DNA of 64,000 nt. Origin: Chrysomallon squamiferum. Taxonomy: Eukaryota > Animalia > Mollusca. Both the position numbers and the translations under genes were made by a program. The stretch covers positions 23,870,001 to 23,934,000 of the forward strand of contig CM022672.1 of the NCBI GenBank assembly GCA_012295275.1, written 5' to 3'. Positions 1-12,500 of the stretch are shown piece by piece (the first letter of the stretch is position 1; each line of letters opens with the position of its first letter). Under the pieces are notes generated by a model, which was not told the origin of the DNA, did no database searches, and was given only the letters and a program-made list of their open reading frames with translations.

Positions 1-134
1 TACAAAATGAATAAATGAATGAATTTTCATTAATGACATTTCTACATTAATGAATAGGATATTAATATATTTATATTAAACTTGTATCCAGAATTAACTA
101 ATAAAAAATAAATATACAGGGGAAAATAGAAATA

Positions 135-420
135 CAGTGGTACCTTGAGTTTAATTTGTTCCATGACTGAGCTCGTAACTCAATTTGCTCATATATCAAA
201 TCAATTTTCCCACATGAAATTAAGTGATATACCATTAATCTGTTCCAGCCCCCCAAAACCACCCCTGTTCTTTGCACTCACTTTCTAACAATCCATGGTC
301 AGAAAAAAGAAATTTGGCAAAATACTGCACAAAACATGAACAAACACAATAGAGATGCTTCTGCAGCAAGGTAACCACGTGAAATAAACAAGTGAGACGT
401 GTAATGCTGGCCAGATGTTG
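135..420 (-). mobile_element. Internally deleted Tigger/pogo-family DNA transposon, inverted copy of the element at 17155-17797
   Basis: Begins TA|CAGTGGTACCTTGAG. Blocks gagctcgtaactcaa, attaatctgttccagccccc, tttgcactca..atccatgg, aaatttggcaaaa and agagatgctt..cagcaaggt are reverse complements of blocks in the 17155-17797 element. The second end is not resolved. Confidence 0.8.
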
Positions 421-478
421 TGTTGTATTTAAAACATAAATACATTTTAAAACAGTTTTAAAAAATTGGGTTACTAAA

Positions 479-3400
479 TTATTTAATTATAAATTCCTTT
501 TCTCTTCTTGCAAATGTTTCTGCAACAAGCAGTGGAAAGATAAGTGTTGCTTCAGCATATATCTGAAAAACAAATAATTTTAAAGAAATAAAATATTCAA
601 ATCAATATATATGTGTAGATAAAAAAAAAGACGAGAGAAAATCTTTATAAACAACTTTAAATTTATTTTGTACCATGGGGAATTTATTTATTTATTTTGT
701 TTATTTTATTATTTTTTTTTTCTCTCTTTATACATTATAGCATGTAGATTTAATGAAAAAGCAGCAGAATGGTAAAGAATTTTATTTCACTGCATAGCAT
801 TTGATATCTGTAAATCAGAAGATGTGTACACACATACACAAATAAAATGGTGCATTCATATGTAAACAATAAATTAAAATACCTTGACTGGTGTGGCAGA
901 CATCTTTATTTTACCCCAAGACACAGCTTCGTCTGGCCTGGCTCCAGAATCACTTCCATCAAACTCATTTCCAGTGTTAAGAAACACTGAAAAGTCAGCT
1001 CCATTTCTCTGAAAACACAACATTTTCATTTCACATTTATTAAAAAAAAGAAAAGAAAAAAGGACCTGCACTAAAAAAAACCTCAGGCAAACAATTTATA
1101 ATACAAGTAAGTTGTAACCTGAACAATACTAATAAATAATAAATACTAATCTTCAATCAAAAAATATTTTGTCTGAAAAGTACAGTTACCATAAGATTTG
1201 CATTGCATGTGTGATGTTTCACAACTCCTCCCCCTAATATAATCATCCCAGTATTTTGTGCAAATACAGCTTGACTGTTCAGTCGACGAATATCTGAAAT
1301 ATAAAAATATTTAAATATCAATAAATTAACAGAATATCAGTGAAAATTATATAATGATATTCAAATTAGTGTTTCTTCAGAATACAATTAAATTTTAATT
1401 TACAAATATACTACTAACCAAAAAAAAAAATACTGTACTCTTAATGCATACCTTAATTAAAATGGGGATCAACTTCTTAATGAGGTAATATGAGAATGTC
1501 TTTAATTTGTTTTTATATTTTAAAACTCAGAAAACAGAACAGCTGATACAGCAGTTAAAGCTATGAAAACATTGTACCTTCTACAATGTCAATAACAAGT
1601 CCAGGTTTTCTGTAGGAATGAAAATATATAATATCACCAAGTGAACCATCAGTAATAGCTGGGCAGAAAACTGGAATGTTATTCTGAAAGACAAGAAAAA
1701 ATATGTGTAATGGTTTAAAATAAAAGTTTAAATAAAAGAAAATGTTTTAAAAGAAAGTAATGTATGCATATATACATACATATAAAATAACAATAATAAA
1801 ATAAATAAAACCACTAAGTTATTTAATGTGCTTGAACTAATTATAATCTAAGACTTACATTTCGTATTATCCATCTTTAAATTCATTGTTTTCTCAGTTG
1901 TGTAACAATTATTATTGCATTACATTTTATCTCTACATCAATGCCACTGTGCATAACAAGGTACCAAAAGGAAAATAAAAAAAGTATATGCCAGTATATT
2001 ACCTTATACTGCCAGATTTAATATATTACCTTATAAGCCCAGTAATATACTGAAGCAGGGTTATCTATCTCTTTTCCCAGTCTTGCAATCATCTTAGAAG
2101 GAGTCCATAAAACATTCTGAAATAATATCAGGTAAATTATTATAACCTTTTTATTTGATTACACATTTTTGGTCATTTTTCCTCCCTCCTGATAAAGATA
2201 TTTAATGTATTTTTATTATTCTTTAATAAAAGTGATGTCATTTTTTAACTAACTAGTTTAATATTGCACTGAGAAGACAGTTATTCAATCATTTGTGAAT
2301 GAACTGAATTATTTGTTGAAGAGGCCAGAAATGTAAAATATTTTTTTTCTAGACTTTGTTAACACTAAGAGCAGCTTTTTTTTTTTTTTTTTTTTATAAT
2401 ATATCATGTCAAATATGTTTTATTATTTAGTAACCAATTTGATGAAGACTGAAGCAAACTGACTACTTTGATTTAGGATTTCATAATCAACTCCCACATA
2501 CATATCCAAAATAACAATGTAGTAACATTATATATGTTATAGAGAACGTCTAGTCAAAATTTGTTTCAATTATGACCAATTATAAAGCAATTTTATTTAA
2601 ATATTTCTTTTCAGTATCCAAATAAGTCAAATTAGTTTATTGCAGAGCAATCTCCCAACTTACATAGTTAGAGGATACAAAAAAATACTGTGTTAAATAG
2701 AATGATGTTAATCAAATGTAAAATAGATACATAAAATAATATAATTAATACTTATTTAACTGCTGTTAACTACTAATATAACAATAAAAACAACCAAGAC
2801 ATATAAAACATTTGTGTACTATTTAAAATCTTTTAAACAGATTCTTCATCTATGATAAAAATCTGCTTATCATCAGTTCTCTTCAATATTTTGAAATTCT
2901 GTATATTGTTTTTCTTTCATGTAAGCTCCCACAGATTCACCTTTAATTGTAACGTTATGTAGCTATATACAGGGAGAAAAATAATAATAAAGATGTTAAA
3001 TCCTTGAAATAAGTTTTCTTCTATTTCATTTCTGTTAGACTCCAAAGCAGAACTTTGTATAATATAAATTTACCATTTTTGACTAATAATCAACTAGACT
3101 GAAATTAGAATATATGTCACTTATAACCACATTTTTATATAGTGATAATTTTTTAATTTTAAATAACTATTCTTCCATTTTTAAAATCCATACTACTAAT
3201 GTATATATCAGTAAAACAAATATGTAAAATTTACATCTTGAGTTTGTTCCTCTAACATCTTGTCAAGAATGGGCATCAACCAATCTTCAAAGTGACAGTA
3301 ATTGTCATTTGGCACCAACAGGTTACCAATACGATTAATGCCCCTGCTTCGAAGCTCTTTTCCTCGAAGAGAAAATTCTCCAAGATATGTTGGTGCCATA

Positions 3401-4155
3401 CATTTGATGAAATCTTCTTCTATTCCTCCTGCTGTTGTAACAATACAATCAACCTACAAATGGTACAAAAGAGAAAATGGAATTCTATGAAATTTTTTTT
3501 TTTTTTCTTTTTATTCAATTTGAAAATGTATGCTACCATTATTTAATTCACATTTAAGTAATTTCTTTTTAAATATATTATTTCTTTATTATGTTTGATA
3601 AAGAGATAACTTGAAAACTAACACACAATATCTCTTAAGACTAGGCTTCTAAAATCTTCCTGCTATAGTGATGGTGGACTTAAATTAGGATTTATAAACT
3701 AATTCATATTATTAAATTATTTTTTAATATTTTTTTGAAAAGCTAACCATGTTATGTTGGACTAGGTATTTGAAAACTTCTCTGACACCAGATGAAATAA
3801 GATTTGACGTGTAGCTCAGAAATATTGTACAGTTTGTCAGTTCTCTTCCAGTTGGATTCAGATTAATTCTTTCACAAGCCTCCTTAGGTAACGGTTTAAG
3901 CTTGCAGTCAATCTGAATGAAAAAGTTAAATTATTGATCATACTTAACTGAACTTCACCCAATAAAAGCCAATATTTATTATTGATTTTAACAGCTCTTG
4001 GGAGTCAGTTGCTTTGGATCATTCATAAGCTATAAAGACTACCAAAGTGGTTAACTTTCATGTGGCCAAATACAAACATATGCATAAACAGTGCAGACAT
4101 ATTGTTTACAATGTATATATCTAAAAGATTATCATTATCAGTATGTATGTGTGTG

Positions 4156-4208
<53 letters not shown>

Positions 4209-5229
4209 ACAAAAGACATATTTGGAGGAACCATACTAATGATGAAATGAATTAATCCTTCAGCACCTGTCCACTGACAACAAAATAGATGGACTGAATC
4301 TTATTTATTAAACAATCCTGTTCTTATTGAATATATTACAGAGTTAGCATTTAAATCAGGAACACAAATTTGATAAAATATGAACAAAAAGTTATGGCTA
4401 CATGTTAACTATGTGTGCTCATTAATCTTAAAACCAGTTTTATGCATAATTTTAGTTATCTAGTATTTTAATTTATTACAGATGCATCTAACCTGGGATA
4501 TGGATGTACAGATATGTGTGTCAGTCAAAACAACAGTGAAATTTTAAATGTTGAAAATTCATGTTACAAAATAATTCGATATATTTACTTATTTAAAATC
4601 AAAAATCTTTTTTAATAAAAATGCAAAGTATTATTTACAGAGTAGAGAGTAATGTTTTCTTCTTTTCTGTTTTTTTCTTGATCATGACGATATTTACTGA
4701 TTGGCGATGGCTACATTATGATTATTCTTGCAGGTATTTTGCTGCCATACATTTATACTGATACAAATTTCTCTAAACTGCCATGCAACACAAAAATAAA
4801 AGAAATAAAACATAAAATTTGTTTTGTAAAGCATGTAATAATCCATATCAAATACTATGACATACTTAAACACCATTTAAGATTAAATTCAGTGCCTTTT
4901 ATACTGTTTAGTAATATTATATTCACAATAATCACAAAATTGATTTCACAAGGCATTTTTAATGAATGATAACATCTGACACCAAGGTATCCAAAAAAAA
5001 CACATGTACACACAAAAATAACAATAACCATTTTGTTTATTTCCTCAACTGCAAGACCAAAATTTGAAGCTTGAAAGCCAGACCGAGCATATGAGGATAG
5101 TAATTTATGATAATCAATTCCTTCATTGAAATCATATCCCTGAACAGTAGGTGTTTCTTTTGGAAGTTCTTCACTCTTCACTAAAACTGCCTCTGTTGCA
5201 ATGGCTGGTGGGCTGTTTGTTTCTGCCAT
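479..5229 (-). CDS. DHPS: Deoxyhypusine synthase, 8 coding exons, 363 aa
   Basis: Exons (minus strand) 5229-5029, 3912-3748, 3453-3235, 2116-2030, 1683-1578, 1293-1190, 1008-883, 562-479. All have GT-AG boundaries and consistent phases; 1092 nt including TAA. Translation contains [81 protein letters not shown] and [20 protein letters not shown] (catalytic Lys). Confidence 0.97.
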
Positions 5230-5542
5230 TACCTGATGTTAGAAGAAATTAAAAAAAAAAAAAAAAACTGATTTGAATTTAGCTGGAATAGAATACAGCA
5301 CAGTACTTAATTTTCCGCTGAAAAAGTATCAATCCATGCACTATCAATATGATCATATAATCATCATCATGTCAGTGACAATGTAACGAAGATTAATATT
5401 ATAAATCATATGGCTAAATTAGTAAATATACAAATATTTTCTTCGTATTATCATACAATTTATGCAAGACACAGCATTTATCTTTATGATTTAATATGGT
5501 TATACATTGTTTGTAATGTGTAGATTATCAATATGTTGCATG

Positions 5543-5579
<37 letters not shown>

Positions 5580-5744
5580 ATACCAAGGCCAAGCGAATAA
5601 TCGTTTAATTATAAATCATAATTAATAAATTACCCTCTGAATGTAAATAACTTTGTAAGTGTATATTAATTTATTACATTATTTTTGTTACTAATACTAG
5701 TACTTAGTACTGTACTAGTAGTACTAGTAGTAGTAGTAGCACTA

Positions 5745-5830
5745 ACTAACAGTAACACTAACAGTAACACTACTAACAGTAACACTAACAGTAACACTAG
5801 ACTATTAGTATTACAAAGTTACTGTTAGTA
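5745..5830. repeat. 12-bp minisatellite CTAACAGTAACA, about 4 copies, plus one inverted partial copy
   Basis: Read directly in the sequence; inverted gttactgttag at about 5818-5828. Confidence 0.75.
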
Positions 5831-6083
5831 ACATTAAATGATTAACAGTGACAGACGATAACATCTTGTCAGAGATGAATCAACAGATATACACACACAC
5901 ACATACTAGATATAAAGTAATAAACGTACTTTCGTTTTGAACTGTTGGCAAGCACATGCACACGCATATATATATATCTACCACTTCCGTTTGTTGCAAC
6001 ATAGCATTTTTATATTCTGTTATAAATCTGTCCTCATTTCGTCTTCTCCAAATTTCCTATTCTTCTGCTTCTTCTTCTTCCTC

Positions 6084-6163
<80 letters not shown>
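6084..6163. repeat. (AAT)n immediately followed by (ATT)n, self-complementary microsatellite
   Basis: Read directly in the sequence. Confidence 0.95.
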
Positions 6164-6440
6164 TAAATTAAATTTAATGTGCAATTAATTAAAACATTCA
6201 GAAATGTATTGTAGAAATAAACAAAATTATAATAATCATAAACACTGTTAAGTTAGCTGCTGTTCTAAGCGTAATGAATTATCTTATGATCTAATAATTT
6301 TAAATCAAATAATTAACGTTTTTAATGTTTCTAATTTTCTTTTATTCTTTCCTTTCTTTGTACACCTATATGTGTATTTTAAGGTAACTAGGGTGCTCTA
6401 AATGTTAAGAGGAATCAACTACCAAAACAAATCGAGAAAG

Positions 6441-9400
6441 ATGGCTGACGAGCCAACCATGGATGAAAATGAAAGGAAAATTGTTAACGAGTTTTGTCAC
6501 TTATTAGAAAAATCAAAACAGCTGTTTAATGGGCTTAGGTAAATTATAATGCAGTAATGAGTACTTGATACTTATTAGCTGCCTTTGAAATGTGATTTAA
6601 GCATGATAGAAACTGAAATAAGAAAATACAATCAATTAAAATAATAATAATAAAAAAAATGTCAAATGCAAACCTACAGAAACACAGATAGAAGTGTATG
6701 CTAAAAGGATAGTTATCTTGTTTCACCAAGTTGTAACTCGTCTATAATAAAATTTAAGAAAATAAAATGATAATACTAATGAATGTTTTTTAAATTTTCA
6801 GCTTCCAAATGTTGGAATCGTCAGTATTGTTTTTGTTAATTTACCTATAAAAGTTTACTTTTCTGTTAATTTATGATAATACTAATGAATGTTTAGCAAT
6901 TTCACCTGCCAAATAATAGGTATTGTTTTTGTTAATCTATCAATAACAATTTACTTTTCAGTTAAATTAATAGAGGCTAATTCTGAGTAATTGGTAACAA
7001 TCATTACGATGTTAGATGTATAATAATAAGTAAATAACAGTTAGCAATAGCATGGTTACTAAAATTAATTATTTTAATTATGACACACTAGTCTTAACAT
7101 TTACAGAATTTATTTATACTCATTAAATATAAAAACAAACAAACACACCATTTACTCAAACTTGTTAAATAAAATTTGTTTTGTTTGACATATATTACAT
7201 TCATATATTTGCACCCTAGCTGCTATTTCATACATTAGAATTTTGGATGCAAAATACAGCATTTTTTCTTCATTAAATGTCACCTACTCAAATGCCTTTT
7301 TCCATGATGGACAAAACCCCTTGACAATTTTTTTTTTTTATGGCTATCTTTTGTTTTGGTTTTCAGAGACTTTGCTGGTGGCATTTCTGCATGGTCATTA
7401 AATAATGATAAAACATTTGTCATCATCAAAATGAGAATTACTAATGGCCTTGTTTTAAATATGTACGCAACACCACCCACCAGAATTTTAGAAATGATCT
7501 TATATTATTTATAAGCAGCTTTCATTTCATCAGGCCATTTAGAAAACTTCAAACAAAATGACAAATGATATTTTTTTTTTTCTATAGTCACATTGTGCAA
7601 CAAACAGTACTGGCTGACCATAGATAGTTAACACTGTTATGGTGACTTGTATTAGGAAAGCTCATACATAAAAGGTGAATTTCAGCCACAGATGAACCCA
7701 GTGTCTTGATAACTGTGTGAGCACAGGCAGAAAAAAAAAGTTGTAGTCTGGCAGACTACCAGTTGGAATTCTAGTACCTAAGGGAGATATTGGTGGCTAA
7801 AACCCTGGGCTACTGCTAAGAATGAGCTCTGTTTAATTTTCTCTCAAATGTTTAATACTTATGATTGCTGTGGGTCAAATAAAGGATTTTTTAAATTATC
7901 TATTTCTATTTAATTCATAAATATTACTGTTTATAAGATGTGGTTCACAATTTAATTAATTGCAGGGATCTTCCACAGTATGGTCATAAGCAGTGGCAGT
8001 CATATTTTGGAAGAACTTTTGATGTATATACAAAACTTTGGAAGTTCCAACAGCAACACAGGTAAATGTTATAAAACAATTTTTATGTTAGAAGTTTACT
8101 TGTTTGATTTTCTGTTCTTTTATAATAAAGGTAACAATAAAATGTGCCAAATGAATTTTGTATTATAAGTCCAATTTATTTTTGATATCACTGACAGAAG
8201 AGATATTTGTAATATTTGGATTGTTATATTTAATTAATAGGCAAATATTAGATGGGAAATACGGATTAAAGCGCTGGCAGATTGGAGAAATTGCATCCAA
8301 AATTGGACAGCTATATTATCATTACTAGTAAGTATTACTTTTTTTAAAGGCATCATCATACTTGAACTAATATTTATAATGATTTTAATTTAAAATGTGA
8401 TAACTGGTTATTTCAAGTACTTGTAATCCTTACAGCATTTTCAGTCATATTTCTTAATTTAGTTTGTGTATGTATTTGTTCGTTAATCTATTTAATGACT
8501 ATATTTTTTCTTTTTAGTCTGATATCAATTGTTGTTATATATTTTGTTTTATATTTTCAGTCTGAGAACTAGTGAAACCAACTATCTCAATGAATCATTT
8601 TCCTTCTATTCTGCAATCAGAATGAGGGCATACTACTCCAAAGCTACCAAGGAAGAAAGGTACAGTAACATTATTTAGCAGCACTATTACAACTTAGTTA
8701 AAAATTTGCTAATTTTTAGCAATAGGTGAAATACAAATGTCAGTATTTTTTAACACCAAACATTATTTTGTCATTGGGCATGGAAAACTGAATAGTTGCA
8801 GAGCAGGTTTGCATTTATAAAGCAATGTTTATATTGGTTTTATCTCAGCATGTTATTAGTTTTACTTTAAACGCTTTATTACACTAGATTTGTGATGTAA
8901 TAGATGGTTAATCTTGACTTAATTTTTATGCTTAGGTATTGAAGCTATTTGATTTGATGTCTTCTTTAACCAAAATATTTGCAGGAACATTTTATGTTTA
9001 TCTATTTCTATTTTATTCATTTGGAATTTTTTAATGAGTGTTGTACAAGTAGCAACAACAAAAATAAAATGCTGAAAGTTTTGTTTTGCTTAACAGTATG
9101 CTCCATGATATAGGAAAGTCTCTAGTAATGGTTTCCCAGGACAGGTTAGTTTTGTTGTGATGTAATACTATTAACTAGGCCAAAACCATTGTGCAGCCCT
9201 TCTGATGTTAATGCATTTGTTTTGTAATGGTCTGTACAGTGCATACTTCTATTTTAACTCCAGTTAGGTTTTGATCTGAATTAACAATAACATGTATATA
9301 GGGGGATTGTAGATCTAAAGTTTAAATATAGCAAACCTATTCTGAAAAGGATTTTAAAATGTTTATACATAAACATTTTATTTTGTTTGAGACTCATTTT

Positions 9401-9520
9401 AGGTGTATTTTTTTATATATATACATCTGTGTTTTAAACTAAAAATACATAGTTGAATGTCCCATGCATTTTCTTTCACAGGCAAATGCAGTACTTAATC
9501 ATCTTTTATTTACGTATTTT

Positions 9521-9551
<31 letters not shown>

Positions 9552-12500
9552 TAATTACATCATAATTGCAATCACATTATTGACATTGTGTATTTAATTT
9601 GAAAAAACTATCATTGTTTTTAACATTTGTTTTCACATATTTTTCTTTCAATTGCTTAATATATTTGTTTAAAAAACCCACCAAAAATAACTATGAATTA
9701 ACTATGTACATTAATAAAAGTATGTGGATAAAAGTTTTCATTTCTGCATACTTAAAAATAGATATTTTATCTGCCCCTGTTGTTTGTATGCATGACCAAT
9801 GCTGGTCTTTAGTGCTTATGGTAATATTCCAAGCTTTCAGTGAAAGATTTCTCCATGTATGTTTATATGTATATAGTCAACTTAGGCTGAATTATATAGT
9901 ACTCTTTCCTTTACCTTTCTGCCATGCATGTTTGTTATAAATGATGTGACTGAAAAAGTGAAATACAGCAAGTATTATCATATCTTTGAGTATATAGCTG
10001 AATGTGATTACAAAACAATGTAATAAATGTCAGTGTTACAAATGAAATATCATTGTGCATATTACAGTTATTATTTTAGTTTTGTTTGCTTGGCACATAT
10101 GTCTTTTGTTAAATTGATAACAATCTAAAACCAGTTATTGCATATTAACAATTTAAACAGAAAAACATAATCTTCCATTTACAAAATGACTAATAAAGGT
10201 TCTTTTAACTCTTTCTATTTTGAACAAGGTCTGAAGATAAAGATAAATAATTATTTACTAATAACATCTAACACATTTTAAAATTAATGGTCACTAATAA
10301 TTATCACATTTTTTATAAATCAACTGCCTTGAATAGAAACTTTATAACTCAGTTGGTGCACTTCAGAAGTTTCGTCCTTTAAACACTTCATGCAGTTTTA
10401 AGCCTGCATTCTGACCACTGAATTCTTGTTTATAAACTGAGTTAGCAATATGCTGATATGTAATTATTTGTTTTAAGTACAACATATTACCAAGAAGGGT
10501 ACAGAAATTCACCAAGACCAAATACTGCTGTAGTAGGACTTTGAGGACATTTTGTTCTAGAATACAACAGATAATTCCACTCATCAGCTGTAAACATCAA
10601 CAGTAGACTTTTGTTTTAATTTTTGATAGGTCAGTGTGTGTGTATGTTTTTGTGTATCTGTGGTTTAAAAATAATTTTGGAAATATTCTTTTTCAGCAAT
10701 GAAACAAATATTTCATTTATTATTTAAAGTCAAATATAAGGCAATTGTGATGTACATTTCTGGACTAATGTTTTATTTTAAGTGTTACTTTAACATCCAG
10801 TGATTATTGTTACTAACTGGATTTTAAAAGTCTAACTAAATACCTGGTATAATTTGTAGTAGTCACATTTTGATTGTTACACATTTAATATTAACAGTCA
10901 TTTTGACAAGCACAAAATGAAATAGTTCTAAAAAGAATTAGTGCAGTGCTGTTGGAATATGAAACACTGTTCACATGTACAGGCTTAATTTAATTTAATT
11001 GTTAGTGAATATCAGCAAGTAGCATTAATATTTTCATCGTTGACTATATTTGTATTAATAGACCCAAGTGAGTCCATTGATATAATCTTTACCATTTAAT
11101 ATATTGAGAGTCTGTTCAAATGGTGACATGATTTAAGCATATTTTAATACAGATTTAGTAGTTTACCCATGAAAACAAAACTAGATGAATAATTTTGTAT
11201 CAACCAGAAACCAAATGGTGTTACTAGTATCTATCATTACTCAGTTTACTGATTTTACTACAGATGTTTTTAGATCCTCAGCATTAATAACAGTACCATG
11301 CTGAAATACAGGCAATTTTATTTTTGTTAACGTGTTTAAATGTTATCAGTACATTATACAGTACATGTAAGAAATATGCAGTACATGTTTTTTTGTTGTA
11401 GAAATAAATTCACCAATATTAGGCATATCAAACTCTGTGCTTATAAAATTGATCATTTCAGGATAAGAACAAGTTAACAAATGTCTAAGAAATGCTAAAG
11501 AGAGCTTCTGACTAGGATCATTTGATATGAGTTGTGACTCTCATCTGATGATGATGAGTTTGGTGATCAATACATCTGATCCATAACTTCATTGACCTTG
11601 CATATCTTAACTGCAAATGGAAAACTTGGCTGCACAATGTTTTTATCCCAAAATGAATGGTAGTAAAAACAGTAAAATATATCCTAGATTATTAAGACAC
11701 ACTCTGTTAACTAAAGTAGAGTGTGAAATTCTGATAATTTTATTAAGCACTGGTTACATCTATTTGAAATTGTTTGTGCTTTTCTACTCTATTCCAAGAT
11801 GAATTGCTGTACTGGATACATAGGTTCTTTTATAATTTACCAAAATATCTAACTTTGTGTTCAGCAAGTAACAAAAATACCTGACTAAAACATATTTTTA
11901 CATTATCTTGAACTTATTCACTGTAAAGTTGTGAATGATAGAAACTATATCTGTCTTTGTAATTGGATTATATTATTATGTATTCATTTTTGCATGTGTT
12001 TGAGTTTTTCAGTGGTTGTACAATTATCAATTTCCCAAGTGTGATGTGACTTATGAATTATTAATATTCTTTCAGTTATAGCTATAAGAAATTGTCAGAC
12101 AATGAGTCTGACATGTTTGTGTTGGGATTACAGTTTACCATTTAGTATTTGTAGTACAGTAGTATTCAACATGCTTTCTTTTAGTTGTATTTATACAGTA
12201 ATTTTCCTTTTCTTTTCCTCTTGTTTAGAAAGTGCTCCCAAAAAAAGTAAATTCTTCCGATTTTCAAATTCATATTAAAATAAATTCAATACAAAAAAGA
12301 AATACAAAAATATATATACAAAGAAAAATAATTTAGCTATGTTAGTAAATTATAAATATTTATGCAAATCACATTATGTGTACATAACACGTACATGTTT
12401 ATGTATTCATATACTATTATCTGTTTACAGTGCAAGTTTTAGAATGCTTTTATCAGTACCCTTTCAAAACTTTTCTCTTTATTATGTCTAAAGATGACAA

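Larger units (their letters stand above)
5230..6440. promoter_or_regulatory. Divergent DHPS/SCAI promoter region
   Basis: Start codons are 1.2 kb apart on opposite strands. ETS-like ACTTCCGT at 5983-5990. YY1-like AAGATGGC overlaps the SCAI ATG (6438-6445). A splice acceptor 3 nt before the DHPS ATG (5233-5235) implies a 5'UTR intron. TSS positions are not determinable. Confidence 0.65.

Noticed and set aside
11515-11582. Possible intronic C/D box snoRNA (CTGA boxes, TGATGA, terminal ggatca/tgatcc)
   Set aside because: No properly placed 5' C box and no recognisable rRNA guide.
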